DNA of 64,000 nucleotides from Eledone cirrhosa (Eukaryota): NCBI GenBank assembly GCA_964016885.1, contig OZ024746.1, positions 76,198,001 to 76,262,000 of the forward strand, read 5' to 3'. Shown piece by piece: positions 11,046 to 23,744 of this stretch (position 1 is its first letter; each line of letters starts with the position of its first letter). The notes under the pieces were generated by a model. It saw only the letters and a program-made list of their open reading frames with translations, ran no database searches and was not told where the DNA came from. The position numbers and the translations under genes were made by a program.

Positions 11046-14000
11046 AATAAAAGAACAGCAATAAAAGCTAACACAATACACTAAATAAATCATGAAAAGA
11101 GTCAAACAGGTGTCTATATATGTGGTGTATGTATTGCGATTGTTTGTTGATGTTCAATTTGGTAATTGATTGAGTTGTGATGTTGATTTGTTTGTTGTGT
11201 GTGTACTCACTTGTAGCTTGCTGTACCGTGTGGTCACTGTTGTGTTGTACAATATGACTAGAGGTTGCATGTGTGCAGATAAGTGAGTAAGTGTTCAATA
11301 AGATGATGATGATAGTTCCTTGATCACGCAGAAAATGAATATATATAAATGAACTATGATGACACCAAACCACTATATTGTTAATTTATTGAAAATAACT
11401 CATGTCGAAGCTATACGAAAAATGAACAAGAATTATGGGCGTTATTTGTTTGTTCATAAAAGTAGAATTAAATTATATTCACCAAGAAAACTTCATGAAC
11501 TTCACTGGTTTGGTTAAGAATGAGACCAAGAGATAAAGATTGAGTGAAAGACAGAGTAAGAGAAAGTAAGAGTCTGTAAGATCCCAAAAGGGTCTGTAGG
11601 AAGCAATAGTTCACATGTTCACTCTATCAAGAACCACTTCAAACTGCTGCCTGGTTCATCTAAGGTGGGCTATTTATCCATGTCGCTTCCTCTGTCTCAA
11701 GACTTGAGAACAAAGGGCTGACCTTTAGAGGTCATCCACTCTCAGACCTGTTGACAGGAGATAACTTAGTTAATGACCATTAAATGTCACCCAGGGGTCA
11801 AGGTGTAGACAGATTTCACTACATATGTGTGAACATGCTGGTTATAGTGGCTTAGTTGTTAAGTTGTTTTTCTGTCCACTAGTGGGTGTTGACATTTCAT
11901 ATTATGTCTGTGGTTCTGTGTCACAGACATAATAAAGTTATTTATTTTTTAGTATTTGAGTATTCTTAATGAATGTTCTTATCAATGTTGATTTGACACA
12001 TTTTTCTAATCTGAATCAAATATCAATTCTACTAATAAATCCATATAATGTCTGCAGCCTATTTCTACTTGTTCATAACCTGCAGCCTACAACTTCAGCT
12101 CCTTCTTATACATTGGTAACATGTAATTTAGTACAACCTGATATATGGTCAGGTCACCAGTGACTATACTGGTTTCCCCATCAGCCTTGCCTGCGAAGGG
12201 TTTGCTAGAAATTCAGCAGGGCAAAATCAAGACCAGCCAAAGTCTATCTGACACCCAACACAGGATTAACAGTGATTTTGTAATACAGTACAGTAACATA
12301 GAAATACACAAGTTAGTGATAGAGTGCATATTAAGAGCATTGGATGTGTTTGAACCTTAATTCTGTGAGATATCAGTGTGGAGTCCCACAGGTCAACTCC
12401 TGCATCCAGTCTAATTTCTAGTTATTATGCCTTGCTACTGGACTCAGATGATTCAGGACGAGGGAGTATAGATGATACTGTGAATGCCCTTCTCCACTTA
12501 AAACTAGGTCACACACACAAGTCATGACATATGATTAGTAGGATAAGTCGTTTATTTACTCTACATAAGTGATTCTTAACCAGGAGTCCCCGAGTTAAGT
12601 TCAAAATTTCAAGCACTTTGTTAACTTTTTTCATACCTAACCGACTGAAACTGCCCTGGATTTATGATACAAACCTGCTCATTTTAAAATGTTTATACTT
12701 CTATTAAAACCTTTTATCTTAATTTTATTTATTTTTAATTTGTTAATTAATGAAAAATTTATTATTTTATTAAATTCTTCCAAATATTTGATTATTTTCA
12801 AAATTAATTGAAACACATAGGTAGTGTATTTCATAAGATTCTGACACAATCAGGTATAAACATTTCCTTCTTTTGATTATTTTCATTACATAGCAATCAG
12901 GGTGGAGAGTGATTGTATTGTGAGTAAGACATGGAAAAATTCATTTAAATAAAATGGGTCTTTGGGAGTGAAAGGGTTAGGAACCACTGCTCTACATGAA
13001 TGGTATCAAGCTAAATTTTTGCTCCTCAAACCATGAAGCATTATAGTTCTGATAATTCTACAAAATTTAGTTTTTCAAAAGATGAAGCAGCACATATGTA
13101 ATCAACATTATAATGGCTTTAATTTAGAAGTGAACTCTTAACGTAATTCTTAAAACATTCAGCATGGCAGTGTGTGACAAGGCTGGCCCTTTGAATTACA
13201 GGTACAATCCACTTGATTTGATGGGCTTCCAAACAGTTTCTGTCTACCTAACTTCCTTCACAAGGAGACATGGATTGTCCTGCGGCTATGGGGAATGACA
13301 CTTGCCCAAGATGCCATGCAGTAGAATTGAACCCAGGATCTAATGATTTCAAAGTGAAGTTTTTAACCATTTGGCCATGCTGCCTCTACTAATATAGGTG
13401 CATGAAGGATGTATATAATTTAATCTATGTACTAGACATAAATAGAAGATTGGTAGTGTCTCATATATGTAATATAGTAAGTAGAGAAACTTCAATCAAC
13501 TAGGACTATTCAAGCATTTGATAGACAAAACCTCTCGTAAGACTGTTTAAAATCTAAAAACAATGAGCAAGGGTGATAACTCCACTAAGATTAGTTGATA
13601 GAAAGTTTTAACTAGTATAAAAATGAAAGGAGCCAACCATCAGATTAACCTAACGAAACAATGTTTCCATTGGTTTTTCCATTGCTGATACTATCTGATA
13701 AAACTCTTGACAGAAGGAAGTGGGGTTTGAAATCAGAACATAAAGAACTGGATCAGTTACTGCAAAACATCATGTCCAACTTTTTAATAATCCTGCCAAT
13801 CCACCACCTCTACACTAGTACTTTATTTACCAACCTCAAAAGGATAAAAGCAGGATTTTAACTCAGAGCAGAGCGAACCAGAACAAATACCAAGGCATTT
13901 AATTTAACACCCTAACAACTCTGCAATTCATTGCCTGGACAATATGAACAATGAGGATTTGAGTAGATCTGGTCTTTAAAGGCAACTGGTGAATATAATG

Positions 14001-14882
14001 GACATGTTTCAGCTTATGAGACTTCTTCAACTAAGCAAACACCCCTCAGTATTTACATATATGTTTACCTGAAGATGCTCACACTAAAGTATACAAGCCA
14101 CTGATACCATTTCAACATACAACTCTACTGAGTAAATTTCCATAGAAACCACCTTGAAGACAATTGATGATTCACAGGGATGGGCCACAAGGAATAAGCA
14201 ATGGGAGATGAGGCAAAGGGAGACATGGTCTAATATGGAATAAAAAAAATTGACAGAGAGGCATACTATGGTAAAAATTGCCTGACAATGACAGGCTACT
14301 CTGTTAGTATATAAGTACACACTGTAAATATGGTTGGTGTTAGGAAGGGAATCCAGCTGTAAAAAACCTGCCAGAGACACTTCCGTATGAGCGAGACATG
14401 ATCTCCTGACCATTCCCGCATCAAATGGAACAAAACCATCTAACCCATGCTAACGTGGAAGATAGACGTTAAACGATGATGATAATGCTGATGATGATGA
14501 TATATATATGCAATGTAGTACTATCAGGTAGATAATAATAAGCTGCTTCTTTGCCAATTTCTGAACAAAGCAATTGAATATTGTTTTGATTATAACATGG
14601 GAACATACATTACTTTTTCTATCAATTGATGGGCCCATAACTCTGGTTGGAATCATAGGGGTAGTGTTGTGATATACAGCATGTCTTAGGTATTTTAAAG
14701 CTTGAGGAGCACAGCCTTCTTTGGGTTGGAATACAGCTGATTTCTTCTCATGTAGAAGAGAAGGGAGTGTATATGTGTGTTTGTGAGTGGTAGAGAGAGA
14801 CAGGGAAACAGAAATAAAGACAAAGAGAGAAGAGATATAGAGGAAGAATCAATCCTATTTACATACATTGTTGTAACTTTGT

Positions 14883-14915
14883 GAATTCCGCAATCTGTTC
14901 CTTTCTGTATATAAG
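14883..14915 (+). promoter_or_regulatory. Gene A core promoter: GAATTCCGCAATCTGTTCC motif plus TATATAAG
   Basis: TATA 46 nt before the ATG; the same motif and TATA precede gene B. Confidence 0.7.
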
Positions 14916-14953
14916 AATGCCACCAACTGAAATGAATGCCTCAAGCAAAGACT

Positions 14954-15026
14954 ATGGATGCAACTACACAATTCGCAAGGATTTTCTTGCTTCTCGGCAC
15001 CTTCATGTGCCTTCCAACTCTCAAGG
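14954..15026 (+). CDS. Gene A exon 1 (signal peptide)
   Basis: ATG at 14954; MDATTQFARIFLLLGTFMCLPTLK-G|gtaggt; hydrophobic core; homologous to gene B exon 1. Confidence 0.82.
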
Positions 15027-18000
15027 GTAGGTATATTATCTAATGATATATTATTTACAGTGTGTACTCTCTGTTGGTCCATCACTCTTGGAACACTAAA
15101 AATATTCTTACTGAATTTAATAACAAACTAATGTACATATACACAAGCATGCATGCATACATACACACGCAGAGACCTGCATATTTTCAATCACACACAT
15201 AGAGACATGCATATGTTCAAGCACGCATACAGAGGAACTTATAAATGAAGAATAAATGTCTGTAGCATTTATATGAAGCAATATTTTCCTGGAATATACA
15301 TACAGGAAAATAATATTCCATTTCTCCATTCCTTTTCTTTTACCTTAAATCACTACTTAAATATTGTTACGAATCATTTGATCCAAATACAGACAGTGAT
15401 TTATATTATTTATTATTTATTTGTTTCCTTATTTGTTTTATTGAATGCTGTTTTAAGTTAATAACTATTTTTATTTTCAAAGTTAGTATCCACTTCATTA
15501 TGTTGTGCAAGGGTGGTGAATTGACAGAATCCTTAGAGCACCAAAAGAATGCTTTGTGGTATTTGTTCTTTCCCTTTTACATTCGGAGTATAAATCCCGT
15601 CAAAATCAACTTTGCCTTTCATCCTTCTGAGATCGATAAAATAAAGTAACAGTTGAGTATTGGGATGAATATTATCAGCATTCTACCCACCCACCGACCA
15701 AAACTGCCGGCTTTGTGCTTAAATTAGAAATCACTATGTTGTCTTTAGCCCTCCCCCCAACACTCTGTCCACTCTGTACAACCTTAAGCTGATCAATAGC
15801 AAAACGTGTGTCACACATTAAAAAAATTAATGATGATACTCTGACACCTGGTTCTACGGGGGTCGATAAGATAACGTACCAGTAATACACTGGGGTAATT
15901 GCTGGCCTTGTGCCAAAAGTAGAAACAATTATTAATATATATATATATGCATATACCTATTATTATCATTATTTTATATATATACCAATTATTATTATCA
16001 TTATTTTATATATATATATATAAAATAATGATAGTAATAATAAAAGGCGGTGGATTCGTAGTATCGGTAGAGGGCCGGACGCCTTGCTTTGAAGCATAGA
16101 GTTATCTCCCTTTATGATCTGAGTTCAAATCCCGCCGAGGTTAACTTTGCCTTTCATCCTTACGGGGTCGATAAAATAAAGTACCCGTAATGCACTAAGT
16201 AATTGCTGGCCTTGTGCCAAAAGTAGAAACAATTATTTAATATATATATACACACACATAATTTTTATGCTTATATATATGTTCTTCTCATGTGATGATA
16301 TGAATTATTAATGGGCTATGCTTTGGTATTGTGTAAAATGTTAATATATATACCCTATTTGCTTAAAATACATGCAACAGGGCATGACTTTGATCATAGA
16401 TCTGCTCAGGAGCTAAATATTGACAATCTGTAGCCTTGTGCCAAAGATACAAATCAAATGTTTTGTAAATGTAATCCCTTTTAGAACTATATTTCTCATG
16501 AGATATACTCTATCTCAATTAATTAATGAAGAATTTTGAGGTATTTACGAAAATTAACTATGGTTCTTATATAAAATTATGTTGGAAGATTTTAATTTGA
16601 ATAGGAACACTTTAAAATGAGTGGATTTGTTTCATAGAACCAGAGCTGGCTTTGTTCTGATTGGTTTAAAAAGGGTTAAGGAATCTCAACCATCATAGGT
16701 GCTAAGCTGGCTAGCTGCAGGTGTGAGCCTTGTGATATGGAATGGTTCTTCCAGCACATCTCCCTTACCATCCTCTGGGGAAACACCTTCTCCATTCTGT
16801 CCACTGGTGGCCAGCACATGGGACCCCATTTGCTCATAACACAGAGAGATGGGAGGATGAGAGAGATGGAGGTGATGACAGTCGGAGTTCGACTCTTCCA
16901 TGTTGTCCGTAGGGAGGTAGTGGTTTGTACTTAGTGAAGGTTTGTAGAACCTTGTGTTTGCGATTCCTGTATGTATTATTAAGTTGGTGTTTGGAACATT
17001 AGCTAAATTTCATTGTCACTTACATATCTTCATCTCAAGACATGTCAGATAGTTACCCATTTCAGGTTGTGTGTAATTAAGAGGTGAATATTATTGAGGA
17101 CATTCATTGTAACATATGCTGGACCCCTGTTGGTTCCGTGGTTCCGTCACTGAAAGTTCCAGTTGGTGTGATCAATGGAACGTACTACTCATGAAATGAA
17201 CAGGCAATTGGCTGAACATTCCACTGACACATGCACTCTTAACATAGTTCTTGGAGTAATTCAGCATGACACAGTGTGCAACAAGGCTGGTACTTTGCAT
17301 TTCAGATACAACTCCGTTTTGATAGCTGAGTGAACTGGAACAATGTAAAATAAAGTGCCTTGCTCAAGGGCACAATGTGTCACTGGGAATCAAACTAATG
17401 ACTCTATGATCATAAGCTATTTACTATCATTATTGAATAAAGAAGGGTGGTGGATTGGCAGTATCGGTAGAGTGTCAGACACTATGCTTTGCAGCTTAGA
17501 GTTATGGCCCTTTATGTTCTGAGTTCAAATCCTGCTGAGGTTAGCTTTGCCTTTCATCCTTACGGCATCAATAAAATAAAGCACCACTAATGTACTAGGT
17601 TCGATTTAATTGACTTTCCCCTCCCATTCAGATTGCTGGCCTTGTGCCTAAAGTAGAAACAATTATTATTAAATAAAGACATTATTATTATTTTTGTTGT
17701 TGTGGTTGCTGTTGTTGTTGTTAGTCTTATTGTTATTGCATGTCATTACTGCATTGCCAAGCATATCTCTGTGTGCTTTGGGTATGTGCAGTGCTGTTTT
17801 TAGTGTTGTTATTTTTATTGTATTGAGAGTACTCTTCATAATATGTATGCTGTGCCTAGCAGTGCTATTTTCTGAAAGTTGTATATATTTGTAAGTCCTG
17901 GGGTTTTGGCTATGTATCTGTCTATGTATTTTCTTATCTTTCCCTGAGCACCTATTATTATAAGGAGTGTTTCTGTTTTCATGATTCCACATTCAGATTA

Positions 18001-21000
18001 TTTCTATCTCCAAATCTTTATATTTGCATAATTTCTCCATTTCCTTGATAGTGTTGGCATAACTTCCAGTGTATGTAAATTCCAACTCTATCATGCCAGT
18101 GGATATTTCTTTTCTTACTAAGACTGCACAGGCAGAGACAATGTGGTCAACTGTTTCTTCCCCACCTCGGCTGTTATTATGTTCTGTTTTATTATGTATT
18201 TTTGGTGGTGCCTAGTGGGAAGGCTTTGATCCCGTGCTGTAATTAGAAATCCTTCTGACTCAGCTTTTAGTGCCGTGCTTTTAACCAGTTTTGTGAATTT
18301 TGCTTGTCCACTCCCTCCTTGTTCATTTTTTTTTCAGATATTGCCATGTAGGGATTTTTCTTGCCATCATTTTATCAGAGCAAACCATAGCCAATGATCA
18401 AAGGCTAATTGGGTCATTCCTTCTCTTTCAACATTCTAACACCCCACTTAGAATCCTTGCTGTTCCTAGCAAGGCTGTTTTCTGCAATAATTCCATCCAG
18501 ATTGCAATTCCTAGCTTCTCAAGCTATACACTCAACCTTTTACTATATTATTATTATCATTATTATTCTGACAATCCAGTAAATTAGAATTTAAAATCAT
18601 TTGTCTATTGTCATTTATTATTGTTTGTATGGACCTAAAACTCCTGATGTCATATCTTGAACATGTTAAACCTAGCAGAGCCCATCCCTCACTAGGTCTG
18701 AACACAGCCAATTTCCTCCAGAGAAAGAGAGTGAGAGAGGAAGTAAGAAATAGATATAGAAGAAGAATTGATCCTATTGCAGGACTGAATGTTTAAACTA
18801 ATAAACAAAATATTTTTTTATTTTCTTTAGCATCTAGCCTGGACTCAGCTGATGTGATGCAAGTCTTAACTGCAGGTAAGTTTCCATATAATATATTCTT
18901 ATGAAGAAATTTCTGACCTTCGGCCTAAATTGGAAACCATTATTGACAGCACAGTTATATTAGTGTACTAGTGTGTGTATATATATATCTTCACCATTAT
19001 CATCATCATCATCACATTTTAATGTTCGTTTTTCCATACTAGAATGGGTTAGACAAGTTGTCCCCTTGTGAGACAAGTCAGATAAGATGATTGTATTTCT
19101 GGCTTGGTTTCTATGGCTAGAGGCCCTTCCTAACCAACCACATTTACAGTGTGGACTGGGCCCTTTTTATCATGTTAGCAATATGATCACTCTACAGTGT
19201 GGACTGGGTGCCTTTTGTCATAGCACCAAAATGACCACTTTACAGTATGGATTGTAGGGGGTGGGGTGGGAGATGTGTATATATGTAGGGTGGGGATTGG
19301 AGAGGTAGGTCTAGTTGTGGGTACATAGATGGTGAAGGGTGGAGTGTTAGGATGTGGGTGAAGGGTGGAGTGTTAGGACGTGGGTGAAGGGTGGAGTGTT
19401 AGGACGTGTTAGGACGTGTATAGAAGGGGAGGGGAAAGTGGAGCATACTAGAGACCACTAAATGTATGCTTCAGCCCATGCACATGATGAGGTGAGTCTT
19501 CTGCATTACAGCATAAAACAAGAAATCTCGATCCTGTGTTATCAGCTTTGAGAGGTGTAATTGTGTAAGGTTAGCTGTTATCACCTCATTCCAAGTCTTC
19601 CTATGTTTTCCTACTCCATAGCTTCTATCAACTTTTTATACAGCTGTCATCCTTCATGCATATTACATATCTATACAATCACAATCTCTTCTCCTGCACA
19701 CTGATCTGATCATTCTTATGCCTAGTTTCTCTCAATTTATTCACACTTTGCCATTCATGTATTATACATCCATCGGAGCATACAAGCTTCATTTCTTTCC
19801 AATCTGCATAGGCCCTCTGCACGCAGTGCCTATACATATATATGAAAAGTGAGTATGTTTAGGAAGCCATAAAATGCAAGTGGATTTGAAATACCAAGGC
19901 AATAAGTCGAAAAGGAACTGCTGTAGAAATCTTGCCAAACAAAGTGTTGTGAGGACTCTTTTGTTGATCAAAGACATGACAATCTCTCCTGCTCACTCAA
20001 TAGAATGTACGACCATACATAAGCAAGATGCAGACCCCCATCCCTGGTCTGGGAGGGAGGTCCATAGCTCCACTTCAGTACTGACTTGTTCTATGTAGGT
20101 ACATCCAACCCTTGCTAGCAGGAAAAGCATTAAACAATTGTAATTATGAAGATGAGGATGATATACATATATATATATCATCTTTTCTCTTCTTGGTGTG
20201 ATCCTACACTCACCAATCATGATTCCACTTCCAACCCAACTGCACATGTCAATCCTATTCATAACCCTTGCTCACAGGAAAAGTGGATGTTTAAAATGAC
20301 AATGATGATGATGATTATGATTATGAATAGAAGAGGTAATATTAGAGAACTCAGTCGAAAGGACTGAGTGCTCTACTTACTACAGATATAACCTCCCAGG
20401 TTTTTATTACTATATATATATATATATACTTACATTATTTATTCATATTTATATGTATACAATTACAAAGAGAAAGAAACAAACGAAGGCGGAAGGAAAA
20501 GAAAATTTTTTAAAATGTGATTGAGAAATGGACATCTATTTTAACAAATTCTAACTCTTAATGAATTTCATTTTTATAACCAGATGCTGAACCACAATTT
20601 GGTAGTGAATCGTACCTTAAACAACTAAAGTCCATTTCACAGGTTATCCAAGAAGCTAGAGACTACCTTAAACATACAAGTGCAAACGATATGATGAAAT
20701 CAAAAAGAATTCCTTTTAGGTGCGATTTAGCACCAAGTTTTGGCAAGCTGAACAAAAGAATTTTCAAAGACATGGATTATAATGTAAAGGTAAACAATTT
20801 CACTGTACTACTATAAATTGTTTTGATATCTCTATGAAATAAAGTACCAACTGATGATATTTAGATTAAAATGATACCCCCCCCCCCCGCCTTCTTCTTC
20901 TTCTTCTTCTTCTTCTTCTTCTTCTTCTTCTTCTTCTTCTTCTTCTTCTTCTTCTTCTTCTTCTTCTTCTTCTTCACCACCCACTTATTTCTGTGAGGGT

Positions 21001-23744
21001 TGTAGGGGCAGAATCCTCAAGCACTCCTTCCAACAGATCCTGTCAGAAGCAGTCATCTCCAACTGGATCCCCAAGCAAAATCAGCCGAGCTCATGGATGC
21101 TATCCAACCATAAAAGTAATTCTTTCCTGAGACATTTTAACCACATGCCCATAGTATCAGAGTTGTGATCTCACAATTCGGTGAAGTAGCAGTTCTACCT
21201 GGAGTGACTCTCTGATCTCCAAGCTATGCACTTTATCGAGCAACATTACTCCAAAGACCCCTCAGAGGAATCCCATTTCAGCTACTTGTATTCGGGATCA
21301 TATTAAAAATACTGAACTGAAGACAGCGAGTTTGGCTCTTATGTCCACCTCGCTTCCCTTGATCCCTGAATGCCGAAGCTGGCACATTACTGCACCAGCT
21401 CCTGTAATTTTTGCACTTAATTCAGCCTCCTGCCTTCCATCACTCAAGATACTTAAACTTCTCTTCTACCTGCTTCAGTGGAACTCTACTAAGATGGAAA
21501 GTGCATTGCACAGGCCTCTTTAAGAGGACAAGTTTCTCAGCCTTCGCAGCACTGATTCCCATTCCAGCCATGCAGCACTCAGCATCAAACTATCAAGTGC
21601 AGTTGAAGATCATCTCTTCTTCTTAGGAGAAATTTGATTTACTAAAAAGGATTCAGCATATAAAAATATGCTTAGAATATCCACCAAAGACTTGTGACAA
21701 AATTGTTATTGTGCAATACATGAATATCTTTACATATTTTGTTTAGGTGATGATTGGATCAACCCAACTCATGATCGAAAAATTTATTAGGGAGAGAGGC
21801 ATACAACATTTAAATTTTGATTCCTTTTTGAAGATTATGCATCATAACGCTTTAATTCAACAACCAACAGATGGTGTTATCTTTAGACGGAAAACATTGG
21901 AATCTTCATACAAAGGAATTTCTGATGGGCGAACACAGTGGAGTATGGTAAGATTTATTTTTATATAAAAGTGTGGTTTGAAAAATATCAGAGTAACATT
22001 TATCTGACAAGTAACTTGATCTAAGAGCATGTGCTGAAACTAAAGCAATTACATAATAGAAAAGTAATTTTAGCCATTCAAAAACACCTACAAACTACTA
22101 ACATCTCATAACATTTATCATTTATTTCTTGGTGTCAAAATTTTCATTGCACTATTTACAACCTGCTCATTGACACAATGGAACCACAAAACTATGTAAA
22201 GGTCGCAAACATTGCGATGAAAATTTTGACACCAAGAAATAAATGATAAATATAAAGTGATTTTAACTGAAAAAGAAAGAAAAAAGAAAAAAGATAAGAC
22301 AAGAAGGTGGAAGGGAAAATCTCTATATTATTGGCTAGATGGTGTATCTCAGCTGCTCTGTCCTGCAAACATGATGGTGAAACCATTGGTGTGGAGAACA
22401 GCCAGCAATACCTACTGTATCAGCCATTCCACTTTGCAGGACACCTTCCTAAGGTGTGATGCTCTCTTACTGATTAAGTAGAGGAAAACAGCAGACCATG
22501 GATTATTTATATGTAAAACAATTTGATATATTATATTAAAATATATTATTTATTTCAATTATTATTCAGGCAAAGAGAGTTCAGTCATGGTTCAAAGGAG
22601 AGTTACTTAATGATGCAGATGTTTATGAATCAACCAAAATCAACCTTGAGGATTTGAAAAACATTGTTTCTGCTACTGGTGCTGCCATCAGTAGTTTTGA
22701 ATCATTCTTTTTTGTTGACAAAACAGTATCTCGTGATGTAGTGGACGTTGGAGTTTTGAGATATCCTGAACCAGAAACACCCTATTTTCTGGTTTGTATT
22801 TCTTATTTTCCTTCTTAAAATATTTAACTCAAAACTCAAATCTTTTCTATTAGTATTAACATCAGTAATTCATGATGTTTAACAAAAACTCAGAGCTAGT
22901 GCTACCATTAAGGTCAATTAGTCAATCATCTAAGGTGCAAACCTCTGAAAAGCACATTACTGAATCTTAAAGAATCACAGTTTTATTCAAATTTGTGTAA
23001 TTAAATTAAATATATAATAATTTCCTGTAATCAATAAATAAAACTGCCATGTAGCAATGTTGTTTAAATATCCAAAGTAGTGGAGAGGATCATATGATGT
23101 TGCGACACATAGTGTGATTTGGTGTGTATGTGTGATAGGGGGAGGGGGGTGTTAGTGGGGGATGTGTAGTGTAACATGTAGACTTAGTAATTTTCTTAGT
23201 GCGATCAGAGAACAAAGTGTCAAGAACTAAGTTTTTCAGCTTACCTAACTATATATTGAGATTATATTATCTGGAAGAATGGGGTGCCTAACTGTCATAT
23301 TCATTCAAAACATCAAAAACAATAGGAAAAACAAATTTCACCTTCAAAGTGAAACCGGTGTAATATTCACTTACAAAGTAAAAATATTTTAGCCCCATAT
23401 TTATATAGAATTTGAAAATTGGCAAAATATTGACCTTGAATATAAGCTGACCCTGCTCCTCCCATTTTACCATCGATTTTTTTTGTCACATTTTTTAACA
23501 GCTTATATACAAGTATATAAGGTAATAGTTTGTTGCTTTTTTGTTTTTTTTTTAGATGTACCGTATCAAATTGTATGCCTATAGAAGAACTAAGCGTATA
23601 CTGTTTTACGAAGAAACACACAGTGGTATTGGTGGAACTTTCAGAATGCATAAATTTGAACCAAATGACGGTGTCATAAAAGCAATTGATCCCACTTTTG
23701 CCAGTAGATTTATTGAATCTGCCATGAATTCCCTTTTAGATTAA
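14954..23744 (+). CDS. Gene A: secreted uncharacterised 311-aa protein (putative cytolysin-like family), 6 coding exons: 14954-15026, 18831-18875, 20584-20789, 21747-21947, 22570-22791, 23556-23744
   Basis: All introns are GT..AG with pyrimidine tracts, phases 1,1,0,0,0. The 936-nt spliced ORF has no internal stop: MDATTQFARIFLLLGTFMCLPTLKA-SSLDSADVMQVLTA-DAEPQFGSESYLKQLKSISQVIQEARDYLK...VMIGSTQLMIEKF...AKRVQSWFKGELLNDADVYESTKINLEDLKNIVSATGAAISSFESFFFVDKTVSRDVVDVGVLRYPEPETPYFL-MYRIKLYAYRRTKRILFYEETHSGIGGTF...SAMNSLLD*. Exon lengths are identical to gene B. TATA box upstream. Confidence 0.9.
17740..18540 (-). mobile_element. Two decayed R4/Dong-like 3' ends in gene A intron 1
   Basis: Minus strand encodes NFQKIALLGTA and LLQKTALLGTARIL C-terminal motifs, next to TAA/CAA-type repeats. 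Confidence 0.6.
18831..18875 (+). CDS. Gene A exon 2 (45 nt, propeptide-like)
   Basis: ttttctttag|CATCT...GCAG|gtaag; phase 1-1; paralog at 37555-37599. Confidence 0.85.
20584..20789 (+). CDS. Gene A exon 3
   Basis: cag|ATGCTGAACCACAA...AAG|gtaaac; DAEPQ...IPFRCDLAPSFGKL... Confidence 0.9.
21747..21947 (+). CDS. Gene A exon 4
   Basis: tag|GTGATGATT...ATG|gtaaga; VMIGSTQL...YKGISDGRT. Confidence 0.9.
22113..22251. repeat. Inverted repeat (about 38-bp arms), MITE-like, in gene A intron 4
   Basis: ATTTATCATTTATTTCTTGGTGTCAAAATTTTCATTGC and its near-perfect reverse complement at 22214-22251. Confidence 0.75.
22570..22791 (+). CDS. Gene A exon 5
   Basis: cag|GCAAAG...CTG|gtttgt; SWFKGEL...VDVGVLRYPEPETPYF. 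Confidence 0.9.
23556..23744 (+). CDS. Gene A exon 6 (terminal)
   Basis: Long T tract then tag|ATGTACCGT...TAA; candidate AATAAA at 24721. Confidence 0.9.
   Translation: MYRIKLYAYRRTKRILFYEETHSGIGGTFRMHKFEPNDGVIKAIDPTFASRFIESAMNSLLD

Noticed and set aside
18857-18875. Internal ATG (MQVLTA; MEQLMSA in gene B) as the start codon
   Set aside because: Upstream phase-1 signal-peptide exons with TATA boxes are conserved in both genes and splice in frame
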